Shown: positions 48,142 through 58,694 of the stretch, in pieces
Numbering within the stretch: position 1 is the first letter of the stretch
How the letters are laid out: the number at the start of each line of letters is the position of its first letter
DNA from: Promethearchaeota archaeon
Lineage (GTDB): Archaea; Asgardarchaeota; Lokiarchaeia; Sigyniarchaeales; SOKP01
Reading direction: 5' to 3'
DNA: 64,000 bases
Assembly: GCA_048939015.1 (NCBI GenBank)
Contig: JBHLPW010000001.1
Span: 16,185-80,184 of the forward strand
The notes under the pieces: generated by a model
The model's database searches: none
Seen by the model: only the letters and a program-made list of their open reading frames with translations
What the model was told of the DNA's origin: nothing
Translations under genes and position numbers: made by a program

Positions 48142-48474
48142 ATGTATAAAATGAATCGAAAAATCAGATCGATAAATCCTTTAAGGAGATTTCAAAAGAT
48201 TTCCATTTTAGTCTATATATTGTATCATGCGAGTAAAGAACCATTCTATGGTTCTTGGTTAAAAAAGATATTAATTCAAAATGATTACAATATTTCTGAT
48301 GGGACATTATATCCTTGGTTGAATAGACTAACATTTTCAGGTCTTTTATCTTTAGAAGAACTAAATGTTAATGGAAAAATAAGGAAATATTATTCTCTCA
48401 CAGAATTGGGAAAAAATCATTTTGAAAAAATTAAGGAGTATCTTAGAGAACTTTATAATGATGTTAAAAGCTAA
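48142..48474 (+). CDS. PadR-family transcriptional regulator
   Basis: PFYGSWLKKIL...ISDGTLYPWLNRLTFSGLLS...GKIRKYYSLTELGK is the PadR wHTH signature. Confidence 0.8.
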   Translation: MYKMNRKIRSINPLRRFQKISILVYILYHASKEPFYGSWLKKILIQNDYNISDGTLYPWLNRLTFSGLLSLEELNVNGKIRKYYSLTELGKNHFEKIKEYLRELYNDVKS

Positions 48475-48590
48475 TATAAATATAAAAATAGATTCCTCTG
48501 AATTAATCTCAACTTTTCTATTTTTATATAAGTTTAATATAAGACAATAAATTTTTTATACTAAATAATAAAAAATTTTTAGTGATTCCA

Positions 48591-49277
48591 ATGTCAGATG
48601 AAAAAAAGACGTTAAATGTTATTGATAAGACGATTCATGCTGCTGAATCGAGTTTTAAGGAATTCATTGAAGTATTAGAAACCTCACGAAGCGCTTTATT
48701 AAACCTTGAAAACGATAAAATAGAATTAAGTAATATAAAAGAGACTCTTGAAAAGGAAAAAATACTTTTAGAAGAAGAAAAAGCTAAATTAGAAACTGAA
48801 AAACAACAACTAGAGATCGATAAAAAAAAATTAGAAGAAGAAACAAAAAAACTTGAAATCGAGAAAAGTGAAAGAGATCAAAAGATAGGATCCCTAACAG
48901 AAGAGCAGATGAAACTATTAGATGAGTACCAAAAAGTTAAGGTTGAATTGGAAAAATTTATGCAAGCTGCATCTGAAGCGGAAGAAGCGGAATATAATTT
49001 TGAGAAAGTTCGTGCATTACTTTCAATTTATACAGTCTTAGTATCGGAAATATGGCAAGGACAACCACATTATAGAATTTTAATGACATTGCATGGAGAA
49101 AAGGAAGAAATGACAAGGGATCAAATAAAAACTACAACAGGAATTGGAGGGGCTTTTGTATTACATTCAGTCCAAGAATTAGCAAAAGTAGGGTTAGTGG
49201 AATATAACATGGATACAAGTATGGTAAAATTAAAAAAACGTCTCTTTCCAAAAAAAGCTTTAGAGGAAAAAAAGTAA
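48591..49277 (+). CDS. Coiled-coil protein with a C-terminal winged-helix domain
   Basis: Central heptad-rich EKEKILLEEEKAKLETEKQQLEIDKKKLEEETKKLEIEK. C-terminal MTRDQIKTTTGIGGAFVLHSVQELAKVGLVEY is wHTH-like. ATG 48591 preferred over GTG 48582. Confidence 0.5.
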   Translation: MSDEKKTLNVIDKTIHAAESSFKEFIEVLETSRSALLNLENDKIELSNIKETLEKEKILLEEEKAKLETEKQQLEIDKKKLEEETKKLEIEKSERDQKIGSLTEEQMKLLDEYQKVKVELEKFMQAASEAEEAEYNFEKVRALLSIYTVLVSEIWQGQPHYRILMTLHGEKEEMTRDQIKTTTGIGGAFVLHSVQELAKVGLVEYNMDTSMVKLKKRLFPKKALEEKK

Positions 49278-49301
49278 TTTCTCAGATATTTCATTATTTT
49301 T

Positions 49302-50348
49302 TTATTTAGTTATAACCATCTCGTGAAGTGTACTTCCTGTTTCTAATTCCGATTTTCCTTCAAATGATATATTAAGTTCAAATTTAGAGTTTAATCGAAA
49401 ATAACCTGGTCTTAATTTTAAAAGATTTTTAGCAAGAAAACGTGTAATGGGCCCAAATTCATAAAGTAAATTATCAGCATCTATGATTTCTTGAACCCTA
49501 AGAGTAATTTCATATTGATTTTCTACATTAAACCTTAAGAACTTTGGATAACTATTGTCCGCTTCATCATTATATTCAAAATTTTCTTGTATTAATTCGT
49601 ATTCACCAGTACTAAGAATAATGCTTTCATTTTTAGCTAGCATTAAAACTTGTATTGGATAATTTTCCATTTTCTTGTTACATTTTATATAAGCAAAGAT
49701 TACTGTATAATTCTCAGAATAAATCCTACCCCAGTACCAATAATCGATTATCATCGCAAAATTGAAATTTAACCAATTATGATCATGGTAACCAATACCT
49801 TGTACATGAATCGTTTCATTGTTAACCTTTATAGTTCCTTCAACGTCTGCTCGAGGTAGAGCTACGACCCAACCAAATTGATTTGACTTTCCGAACTCAA
49901 TATATCCATTTCCAGGTTTCCAACCGTAGACCTTAGCCGTATATTTTAAATGAAATCCATACTCACCCTCATCAATAAAAACTTCATAGATGGGTAGTTC
50001 CTTATTTGAGTAATCAACTTTAATATAATTCTTACCAATTCGCAAATCTGGAGTATCTTTCGAAGCCGTAAAATCTGAATGGAGATAATCAATTACATTC
50101 TGTATTTTTTCTCCATCAGGTTTATATATCGTAACTTCTACTCCTGTTTTACCAGTTCGTTCATGTTTTGCTCGAAAAAACCCTACCACCGTATAACCAT
50201 TATCAAGTCGAGCATCAAAATACCACCATTCTCGGGTTCCCTTCTTTTGCATATCAATGTGTAATGCATCATCTTTAGCTATGATTGGTTTAATTTGGCT
50301 ATCCTTTCTACCTGGTCCTAACCAGGCTTCTATAATTTTTGAACTCAT
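49302..50348 (-). CDS. CrtC/AttH-like (hydroxyneurosporene-synthase family) lipocalin-fold protein
   Basis: REWWYFDARLDNGYTVVGFF and GIGYHDHNWL resemble the EWWYF...G.gY.DHnW signature of PF07143-type hydratases. Confidence 0.5.
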   Translation of the reverse strand: MSSKIIEAWLGPGRKDSQIKPIIAKDDALHIDMQKKGTREWWYFDARLDNGYTVVGFFRAKHERTGKTGVEVTIYKPDGEKIQNVIDYLHSDFTASKDTPDLRIGKNYIKVDYSNKELPIYEVFIDEGEYGFHLKYTAKVYGWKPGNGYIEFGKSNQFGWVVALPRADVEGTIKVNNETIHVQGIGYHDHNWLNFNFAMIIDYWYWGRIYSENYTVIFAYIKCNKKMENYPIQVLMLAKNESIILSTGEYELIQENFEYNDEADNSYPKFLRFNVENQYEITLRVQEIIDADNLLYEFGPITRFLAKNLLKLRPGYFRLNSKFELNISFEGKSELETGSTLHEMVITK

Positions 50349-50390
50349 AATTATTCTTTTTCGTATTATTATTAATATTTAATATCCTTT

Positions 50391-50807
50391 TTACTCGCTA
50401 TCACTTGTTAAAAATTTAAATATCTTTAATAAAATGAGTAATTTTCTAATCCCCCGCATTTTTACTTTACGGGTTAACCACAATTTCGCAACCCCTAGTA
50501 ATGAAAGACGATTCATAGCAATAGCAAGAAAAGTTTGTGTATCCATTTCTAAGAAGGCATTCCAGCCTATTTTTTGCTTTTTTAAATTTTCTTTTGGTTT
50601 GTTTGGAACACTCTCAACTTTTATTACTCCCCTATCAATTACAATTATTGCGGCATGATTTAGATTGGAGGCGTTTAAGAGAATTTTAACGTGAATATTG
50701 CTAAATTTAATTTTAAATTTTTCATTTTCATTTAGAGGTGTTAAAATACTATTGATAAGAACTGCAAAACCTCTTAATTTTTCATTCTCTTGGTTAGATT
50801 CTACCAT
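50391..50807 (-). CDS. SCP2 (sterol carrier protein 2)-like lipid-binding domain protein
   Basis: AFLEMDTQTFLAIAMNRLSLLGVAKLWLTRKVKMRGIRKLLILLKIF matches the SCP2 C-terminal pattern. ATG 50807 was chosen because the ORF-track start overlaps the upstream gene. Confidence 0.55.
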   Translation of the reverse strand: MVESNQENEKLRGFAVLINSILTPLNENEKFKIKFSNIHVKILLNASNLNHAAIIVIDRGVIKVESVPNKPKENLKKQKIGWNAFLEMDTQTFLAIAMNRLSLLGVAKLWLTRKVKMRGIRKLLILLKIFKFLTSDSE

Positions 50808-50832
50808 GATATTGATCCTAATCAAAAAATTT

Positions 50833-52401
50833 TTATTTGGTTTTTGGTGAAATGTAAAATCCAGAATCTGATATATTATTTGGGTCAAAAGCTTCTTTAA
50901 TTTTTCTTAACCATGTATGGTAATTAGACATATGAGGGCCGAATAATTCATGCATACGTGTACCCTCTACGAAGAACGGAGCCCCGAGATGTTTTAATAA
51001 ATCTAATTGGTTACTCTTCTCCATATATTCCGCCGTCCCTTTTACGCTGTGTTCTTTAGTTTGATCAAACATTGTAGGGGACTCCATATGAAAATAATGA
51101 CCTGACTCATATGATGTCATCCAGGTTCCCTCTCCAAAATCATTTGCAATTACTTCTTTTTTGATAAAATCTTTTTTTAATGATATATTTGATTTAGTAC
51201 TGCGAAGACATACTGCGGGAGTATCAGCAACTCCTTTTGACGATTGAAATCCTCCAGTAGCTATAAAACCATGTAATCCTAAATTTGAACGGAGGGCTTC
51301 AGCGTAGAAGATAGGATTTGGTGTATATATCTTTCCAATAATATTATTTAATTTAAATTTCTGTAGTAGAGAATCCATTACTTTTTGTTTATAATCAAAT
51401 TCTCCTTTGGTACGTGCAGCTATTATTACAACTATAGGTGCCTTCATCTGCCCTATTGGGATTTTATCCATTAAACTTTCAATAGAATTAGAAAAAATTG
51501 CCATTACAGCAAAACCCGATAAGAAACTGCACATGAAAGAAATTTCTTTTTCTTCTATTTTCAACATGACTTTTTCGACTTTATTGAAATTGCCACAATC
51601 CATAACATATAATTTCATAAAATCAGGTGCTTCAAAATCATAGTTGGGAGAATATCCTTTAATATTAAAGTCTGTTTTACAAGGATAAGGAAAAAGTTTT
51701 ACCGCGACTTTAGTAAATACACCGAGACCTGATTTAGTACCAGCCCAACCTCTCATAATGCCACGTAAACTGGGTCCTGGTCCATCTCCATGAAAAAAAT
51801 CTGGATTGTTTTTTAGACCGAAAGCTCCTAATTTCATAATTTCTCCGTTTGGTAATACCCATTCAACAGCTAAAACGTTTCTGGAACTATGTCCCGTCGA
51901 AGGAGACGTAAAACCTGGACCGTTCATTGATGTTGCGCTAGCTAGAGGAGAAACTTGAGGTCCTGCACCAGGCATATGGCAATTAAGCCCATATTTCATT
52001 ATTTCAACTTGTAGCTGAGACCCACTCACATAAGGTTCAACTACAGCATACAGGTTTTTTTCATCAATTTTCACAATTTTATTCATTCGACGTAGATCTA
52101 AAATAATAGAGTTATCTACAGAAGGTTGATTCCATGGGCCAAGTCCTGTACTTTGAGCTTTAAATGTAATACCGTATTTATTACATAATTTTATTATTTG
52201 TTGAACTTCTTCGGTAGTTGATGGTAAAATAACCGCTTTAGGAATTGGAGAAAAGGGAATTGGCTCTTTATCTTCCATATAATTAAAAATTTCCATACAC
52301 CAGTTATATGCATATACATTAGTCATAACTTCACTGTCGTCAATATATCCTACTCCAACTACATCCTCAAATTCTTTAAATTTTTCTTTCTCCAGAACCA
52401 T
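50833..52401 (-). CDS. FAD-binding oxidoreductase (FAD_binding_4; GlcD/D-lactate dehydrogenase-like)
   Basis: AVILPSTTEEVQQIIKLCNKYGITFKAQSTGLG, IILDLRRMNKIVKIDEKNLYAVVEPYVSGSQL. Its start codon abuts the stop of the upstream Fe-S gene with a 0-nt gap. Confidence 0.8.
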   Translation of the reverse strand: MVLEKEKFKEFEDVVGVGYIDDSEVMTNVYAYNWCMEIFNYMEDKEPIPFSPIPKAVILPSTTEEVQQIIKLCNKYGITFKAQSTGLGPWNQPSVDNSIILDLRRMNKIVKIDEKNLYAVVEPYVSGSQLQVEIMKYGLNCHMPGAGPQVSPLASATSMNGPGFTSPSTGHSSRNVLAVEWVLPNGEIMKLGAFGLKNNPDFFHGDGPGPSLRGIMRGWAGTKSGLGVFTKVAVKLFPYPCKTDFNIKGYSPNYDFEAPDFMKLYVMDCGNFNKVEKVMLKIEEKEISFMCSFLSGFAVMAIFSNSIESLMDKIPIGQMKAPIVVIIAARTKGEFDYKQKVMDSLLQKFKLNNIIGKIYTPNPIFYAEALRSNLGLHGFIATGGFQSSKGVADTPAVCLRSTKSNISLKKDFIKKEVIANDFGEGTWMTSYESGHYFHMESPTMFDQTKEHSVKGTAEYMEKSNQLDLLKHLGAPFFVEGTRMHELFGPHMSNYHTWLRKIKEAFDPNNISDSGFYISPKTK

Positions 52402-53706
52402 TTAAGCTGCCTCACCTACAGATTCCTTAATTGATTTCTTTTGTGACCTGATCGCCATTAACAATAACTCACTTATATCATAAAACTTCAAATTAGACCC
52501 TTTTTCAGTAATACCATCTTTTAAATTTGTAGAACAAAAAGGACAAGCAGAAATTAATGCTTCTGCTCCTGTATCCTCTGCTTCTTCAATCCTTTTCTTA
52601 GCAGTATTAATCGCAAATTCTGGAAATGCTGATTTTACACCTCCTCCTGCACCACAACAATAAGAATACTCTTTTATTCTTTCCATTTCAACGAAATTAA
52701 GGCCTGGTATTTTATTTAACAAATCTCTTGGAGAATCATATATACCATATTTTCCACATCTTTTAGGTTTTTCAGGCATATTAATAGATACAAGAGGCAT
52801 CATTTGCAATGAATCTCCATCCCATTCTTCATATGGCTCACAATTACGTCCTAAATGGCAAGGATCATGATAAGTAACTTTAAATGGTATTTCCTTTGTT
52901 AATTTTAATTGTTCATTATCGAGTAATTCATTGAATAATTCTGAAGTATGAAGTACCTTAAAATCATAATTCCGTTCTAAAGGATAATCGACTTTAAATG
53001 TATCATAACATCCAGCACAACTAAAAACCACAGTTTCTATTTTTTCTTTTTCGATTATTTCAATATTTTTGTTCAATTGGTCTATAAATGAATTTTTATC
53101 TCCTGTTCTTAAAATTGGACTTCCACAACAAAACTCATTTTTACTTAGAATTTTAAATGGATAGTTTGCAGCATTCAATACTCGTGCTGTAGCAATTGCT
53201 ATTTCTTTTCTTCTGTAGGATGATGTACATCCCACAAAATAGAGCGTTTTTGCTTTAGGATCGATTTTAATATCAGTTGGTAACCATTCTACCCGTTTTT
53301 CATGAGGTTCATTATATGGATTATTTTTATTTTTTATAGATCCAATATATTGTTGCTGTTTAGGCATTGGTCCATATCCAGAAGAGACTAATTTTTCTCT
53401 AAGTTTAGTAATAATTTCAAGTGGTTCCAAAGTATTTAGAAACTTACAGGAAATAGCACAACCTCCACATTCAGTGCATTTATAAACAATTTCGATTAAT
53501 TCTTTGGAGGGTTCAAGGCGTCCCATCTCTAACGCTAAAGCAATAATTATACGTCCACCCCCACTATATGCATGGTAATTGTACATATCTATCGAAGGAC
53601 AAATAGTTGCATATTTCTGACTCTTAATTTGCAGTTGTGGTATCCATTTACATATAGAACAACGTAAGCAGCGTTTAATCATTTGGTTATATTCAGATTC
53701 ATTCAA
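52402..53706 (-). CDS. (Fe-S)-binding oxidoreductase subunit with CCG domains (GlcF/HdrD-like)
   Basis: Two ferredoxin-type cluster motifs (CLRCSICKW...CPS, CTECGGCAISC) and two CCG-type segments (FCCGSP, YCCGAGGG, ACPFC). Confidence 0.8.
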   Translation of the reverse strand: MNESEYNQMIKRCLRCSICKWIPQLQIKSQKYATICPSIDMYNYHAYSGGGRIIIALALEMGRLEPSKELIEIVYKCTECGGCAISCKFLNTLEPLEIITKLREKLVSSGYGPMPKQQQYIGSIKNKNNPYNEPHEKRVEWLPTDIKIDPKAKTLYFVGCTSSYRRKEIAIATARVLNAANYPFKILSKNEFCCGSPILRTGDKNSFIDQLNKNIEIIEKEKIETVVFSCAGCYDTFKVDYPLERNYDFKVLHTSELFNELLDNEQLKLTKEIPFKVTYHDPCHLGRNCEPYEEWDGDSLQMMPLVSINMPEKPKRCGKYGIYDSPRDLLNKIPGLNFVEMERIKEYSYCCGAGGGVKSAFPEFAINTAKKRIEEAEDTGAEALISACPFCSTNLKDGITEKGSNLKFYDISELLLMAIRSQKKSIKESVGEAA

Positions 53707-53852
53707 TAAAGTAAAAAATCCCCTTTTTATAAAATATTTAACAAATGCTTGAAATCAAAAGTGATTAATCAAATAAAATGGTATCTATAAAAATCTTATC
53801 GCTTTTACTTTTAAATATCAAGCTATAAAGAATTGGTATTTAAGGTTTATAT

Positions 53853-54737
53853 TTAAACAATTTGAGAAAGTTCGTCCCAATATTGTTTTATATTCCATTC
53901 TCTTTTTGTCTTTATATTTAAAGCAATCTTTTTTAAGATGTCTCTGATTCTTTCTGAGTTCAGATAATGAAAGTTTGGGGTTATAGCACATACCATAAAT
54001 GTTCCTTTTCCACTTTTGGGAGCAATTATTGAATTTTCTTCCATTTTATCTATTAAACCATACGCATCAATCAGATCCTTAACAATCCTCATAATAAATT
54101 GGTTTTTTTCGAGAACTTGTTCAAACTCATATATTTTTATTAGAGTTGAATACAATTGAGTAGTAAGTTCTTCAAGATTAAGTGATGGAATTAGATTTTT
54201 TGGAAAATAATCCAATATTACTGGTCCTTTTCCATCATCCCAACTCATATAAAAAAGATAATAAAAGTCAGCTTTACTACGTGCTTCAAGAGATGGTTCC
54301 TCATACTTTAAAATGTCCTTTAGCTTTTCCTCAAGTATTTTTGAGCTTTTTTTAATTTCTCTACTTTCTTTAATTTTTTTTGATATTTTTTCCAATAAAG
54401 CCATAGGGCTAAAAGGTTTTGTAATATAATCATCTGCTCCAAGCATTTTTCCAAATCTGACATCATCAGGTTCTACTTTACCAGATAAAAAGAAAAATGG
54501 AATTCTTGACCATTCTGTATTTTCGGAAACCTTCATATAAAAGTCATAGCCATCCATTATTGGCATTAGAATGTCACTTATTATAATATCAGGAGGATGA
54601 TCTAAATTTGAAAGAACTTCCAGCGCTTTTTTACCATTTATAGCTGTTATCAAATCATAATCATTCATTTCTAGAAATATTTTGAAATTCGTTACAAGAA
54701 CTTCATCATCTTCAACCAAGAATACGAGAGGGTTCAT
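53853..54737 (-). CDS. Response regulator receiver protein with an uncharacterised C-terminal domain
   Basis: REC motifs VFLVEDDE, IIISDILMPIMDGYDF, YITKPF. The C-terminal ~150 aa have no recognised family. ATG 54737 preferred over the upstream ORF-track start. Confidence 0.75.
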   Translation of the reverse strand: MNPLVFLVEDDEVLVTNFKIFLEMNDYDLITAINGKKALEVLSNLDHPPDIIISDILMPIMDGYDFYMKVSENTEWSRIPFFFLSGKVEPDDVRFGKMLGADDYITKPFSPMALLEKISKKIKESREIKKSSKILEEKLKDILKYEEPSLEARSKADFYYLFYMSWDDGKGPVILDYFPKNLIPSLNLEELTTQLYSTLIKIYEFEQVLEKNQFIMRIVKDLIDAYGLIDKMEENSIIAPKSGKGTFMVCAITPNFHYLNSERIRDILKKIALNIKTKREWNIKQYWDELSQIV

Positions 54738-54890
54738 TATTAAAAACTCGTCTAAAAGATATTGATAATTTTGATACTCTCTTATAATAAAACTAGAGAT
54801 ATTTAATATTTTTGAAATCGAAAATAAAGCCAAACTCAATCTAATTTTTGTCAAAAAGTTTCTAAATAGAAATAAGGAAATTTAATTAAT

Positions 54891-56357
54891 TTACGGATCA
54901 AAACATAACACTCCAGGATTTAACACATTATTAGGATCGAATATTTTTTTCACTTTTTTTAAAGCCATTTGGACGTTATCTTCTTGTCTCTTAAAAACCT
55001 CCTTTGACCAAACACCATAAGGACGATTAAAAAATGCTCCTGAATCCATTAAATCGATACTAATTTTAGCATACTTTTCTTTTATTAAACTTGACTCGAT
55101 CTTATTATTTGGGTCGTAAAAAAGATCAAATTCACAATGATATGAGGTTCCTTGATTTATTGCTTGAATATATATACCAACATCATCAGAAATTTCATTC
55201 TGAACCTTACTGATAAATTTATGAATTCTCTCATAATTCGTGATAAAGAAAATATCTTGAAAGCCACCTTTTAATCTATTTCGCCATGAGTATAAAGTAG
55301 GTTCATTTAAAGCATGAATAATTTCACTTTTACTGATTGGGCTTTCTTTTTTTAACAAATAGTTGAGTTTAAGATCTTCAATCATTTGAAATATATCATC
55401 TTCTTGATAAGATATTTTATCATTTGCTAAACTACCACGACCAGCTAAAACAAAAATTAAGTTCCATTCAGCTAATGAATTTTTTAAATGTTCTATTTGG
55501 TCTAAATCTTTCTCAACTAAACATGCAATGTTAATATTATTGAGAATTAATATTTCATCTCCTAATCGGTATTTTAATAATTGATGTTGAAGATTTAATA
55601 AATCTAGAAGATTTTCTGATTGAAGATGAAAAACTTTTTGAATTGTAGGTTTTAATTCTAATTTTAAGGTCGCCCATGTAACTATTCCCAGACTTCCTTG
55701 AGCACCTTGTATTAATCTATAAGGACTAAATTGTGTTGGCCCCATTGGATTAACTTGTGCTTGACCGGATTTTTTTTGTTGCTTAATGGATCCAGGACCT
55801 GCGGCAGTACCAGTCCTAAAAAGATCTCCTGTACCAAAAACAACCTCAGTACACAATAATGGATCGGAACTATCCCATTGATAACGAGGAATTGTAGTTG
55901 GGGATCTTTCAAGAGCTGCTGTTAGAATAGATTTATCCTCTCGTGGAAGGAGAGGTAACAATAGCCGTAAACCTTTCTTTTGAAGGATCAGAAGTAATTG
56001 TCCAAATGTAACACCGGGTTCAATCATTATAACTCTATTTTTTCTATCAATACTTAAGATTTTGTTCATTCGGGAAAGGTCAATAATAATACAGTTACCT
56101 TTTTGCGGAATTGTGTCTCCATGATAACGTTCAGGGGAACTTGAGCTCACTGGAATAACTGAAAATTCTAATGAATTAGCTAATTTTATGACTTTTTCAA
56201 TTTGTTTTGTTTTATATAGCCATATTACATATATTGGTTTTGTACCTTTAACAAAACTTAAATCAGCAGAATAATCATCTAACAAATCTGGATCATTTGA
56301 AATATTCTTAGAACCACAAATTTTAACTAATTCCTGAAATATATGTTCTTCATTCAT
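54891..56357 (-). CDS. FAD-binding oxidoreductase (FAD_binding_4 family), second copy
   Basis: IIIDLSRMNKILSIDRKNRVIMIEPGVTFGQL, GAQGSLGIVTWATLKL, C-terminal DPNNVLNPG. ATG 56357 preferred over TTG 56378. Confidence 0.75.
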   Translation of the reverse strand: MNEEHIFQELVKICGSKNISNDPDLLDDYSADLSFVKGTKPIYVIWLYKTKQIEKVIKLANSLEFSVIPVSSSSPERYHGDTIPQKGNCIIIDLSRMNKILSIDRKNRVIMIEPGVTFGQLLLILQKKGLRLLLPLLPREDKSILTAALERSPTTIPRYQWDSSDPLLCTEVVFGTGDLFRTGTAAGPGSIKQQKKSGQAQVNPMGPTQFSPYRLIQGAQGSLGIVTWATLKLELKPTIQKVFHLQSENLLDLLNLQHQLLKYRLGDEILILNNINIACLVEKDLDQIEHLKNSLAEWNLIFVLAGRGSLANDKISYQEDDIFQMIEDLKLNYLLKKESPISKSEIIHALNEPTLYSWRNRLKGGFQDIFFITNYERIHKFISKVQNEISDDVGIYIQAINQGTSYHCEFDLFYDPNNKIESSLIKEKYAKISIDLMDSGAFFNRPYGVWSKEVFKRQEDNVQMALKKVKKIFDPNNVLNPGVLCFDP

Positions 56358-56473
56358 AATTAAAAAGTATGAAAGCAAATCTTTTCTTCTAAAAATATTT
56401 CTCTCTATTAAGATATTACCATTTATAATAAAATGAATTTGAAATTTGGTAAAAAAAGAGAACTAAAAAGCTA

Positions 56474-58501
56474 TTAATTTTTCAATTTTAAATCTGTAAA
56501 TCCATATACACCATAAATGCGAAATTGTTCTATTACATTATTGTTCAGGATTTTTACCAAACCGGTTAATTTTTGATTAGGAAAATCTAATTTTAATCTA
56601 TATACATTTTCATAAAATCTTTCAGATGCCCTAAATGTCTCAAGATTTATCAAATCTTTCAAATCTTGGTCTGAATGAACTTTCTTTATATTTATTTCAC
56701 CATTTTGAATTGAAATTGACGGTTGTTGGTTAATAGATATCGAGGGTACTGTTTTTTCATCTTCATTTTTTAAATTAATAATTTCCTTTACCATTGAGGT
56801 TATAAATCCAATATTAGGATGGTATAATATTATGTTCTTATCTGTTAAGGATATTTTTTGGGTTAGATCGTTATCAAAATACCCTTTTCCAGAAATATTA
56901 ATAGAATTATCATTAAAATCCAAAATAATAGATATGTCACCATCTGGAGATATAAGTCTAAATGTAGCTTCTTTTAATTTTGATAAAGAATTATATATTA
57001 AATACCCTTGATAATCACTCTCATCATCCTTTCCATAATAGTAGTGGATGATATTGTCATTTGATTTTTGAATAGCCAATTGCTCTCCAAAACATTTTGT
57101 TTTAATAAAAAGACCATCGTATTTTAAAATTTTCTCTGGTTCTTTTATTTGAAATTCTTTTTCAATTAAATTATGATAATCTTTAACCTGTTTAAATGAT
57201 TCTGTAAGTTTCTCTAATTGATCATTTAAGTATTCTTGCGAAATCCATCTTCCTCGAAATACTAAACCAAATCTTTTCTTAGTATTCGTAATTATTTCTA
57301 TGGGATTTGCATTTAATATTAATAAATCAGCTCTTTTACCCACAGAAACAGTTCCAACTTTATCTAAACACCCTATAAATTCAGCAGCATTCTTAGTAGC
57401 ACATTTTAGAGTTTCATAGGGAGAAATCCCACTTGATACAAATCTTTCAAGTTCATCATGAAATGCAAAACCTGGTATTGTATGAGGATTTAAAGCATCT
57501 GTTCCGACTAAGATTTTTCCTTTACTTTGATATAATTTACCAAGTATAGATGATTTCAATTCTATTGATTTACGTGTAAATTCTACCCATTCCTTACTCT
57601 TAAACTTTTGGTTAAGCCTTGGATTCTTCTTCAAATCCCATGCATCTAATATTTCTGGAGAAATAAATCTTGTCTCAGGTCGACTAAGTAATCTTTCTTG
57701 TTCCTCAAATTCCAATAGAAAATGGACAACTAAAGTAGGACAATGCCACACACCTGCATCTACTGCTTTTTTGATAATAGACGGTATACGTGATTCATCT
57801 AAATAATCAAAGCTTTGTATCCAGATATTCATATCTGTTGTATATTTAGGAGGTGCATCTTCCGGCAAAAAGGATAAAAGATAGCCGTCTAAATGAGATA
57901 TAGCATATTGTCTCTTTTGTAAGGCATGTTCTAAACCTACTGCCCAAGGTACATGACCTACAATTGGGATATTATGTTCTCTTCCAGCATCAATCAAGGC
58001 ATCATAGACTTCTCTTGTGAGATTAAAATAAATTTTGATTTGTTTATATCCTAGGTCTTTAAATATTTTAACTAATTTTTTAGCGTTATCAGGTGTATTA
58101 ACAATCGCACAATTTGGCCAATAGGGTTTGGCATCTATTATAGGACTTGTAGTGAAAATATTAGGACATAATAAATCACCATGCTCTATTCTTTCTTGCC
58201 ATTTCAAATGTCGTGGAAAACCCCACATATTTCGAATGGTAGTTATCCCATTAGCAAGATATAGAATCATCTGGTTTTCGTCCATAAGATGCACATGCAT
58301 ATCCATTAAACCAGGAAGTGTATATCTATTTGTACCATCTACTATCAATTGTTCTGAGCTTAGTTCAATTTTACCAGTTGGCTGAATCTCTTTTATTATT
58401 TCATTTTCGATTAAAATATCATGATTGTAGAGGACATCTTCAGATTCCATAGTTATAATATTAGTATTTTTAATTAGTATCAAATTACTTTGATTTAACA
58501 T
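56474..58501 (-). CDS. Amidohydrolase-family protein with a ~240-aa C-terminal extension
   Basis: LPGLMDMHVHL (HxH metal site), GHVPW, VGTDA, VGKRADLLIL. The C-terminal third has no recognised family. Confidence 0.7.
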   Translation of the reverse strand: MLNQSNLILIKNTNIITMESEDVLYNHDILIENEIIKEIQPTGKIELSSEQLIVDGTNRYTLPGLMDMHVHLMDENQMILYLANGITTIRNMWGFPRHLKWQERIEHGDLLCPNIFTTSPIIDAKPYWPNCAIVNTPDNAKKLVKIFKDLGYKQIKIYFNLTREVYDALIDAGREHNIPIVGHVPWAVGLEHALQKRQYAISHLDGYLLSFLPEDAPPKYTTDMNIWIQSFDYLDESRIPSIIKKAVDAGVWHCPTLVVHFLLEFEEQERLLSRPETRFISPEILDAWDLKKNPRLNQKFKSKEWVEFTRKSIELKSSILGKLYQSKGKILVGTDALNPHTIPGFAFHDELERFVSSGISPYETLKCATKNAAEFIGCLDKVGTVSVGKRADLLILNANPIEIITNTKKRFGLVFRGRWISQEYLNDQLEKLTESFKQVKDYHNLIEKEFQIKEPEKILKYDGLFIKTKCFGEQLAIQKSNDNIIHYYYGKDDESDYQGYLIYNSLSKLKEATFRLISPDGDISIILDFNDNSINISGKGYFDNDLTQKISLTDKNIILYHPNIGFITSMVKEIINLKNEDEKTVPSISINQQPSISIQNGEINIKKVHSDQDLKDLINLETFRASERFYENVYRLKLDFPNQKLTGLVKILNNNVIEQFRIYGVYGFTDLKLKN

Positions 58502-58694
58502 TCATTTCACCTTCTATTTTCTCAATACTCAATTAAACAAATAACTTAAATAAATTTTTGTTTGAAAAAACCCTTTTCATTCTACGATAGATGGGAATTA
58601 TGATGGTTACCTCCAAAAAACCAAATTTTTAAATATCTGATGAGTATTATAAAACAAATAATAATTCTAAAAGATTATAAAAAAAGAGATTCAA

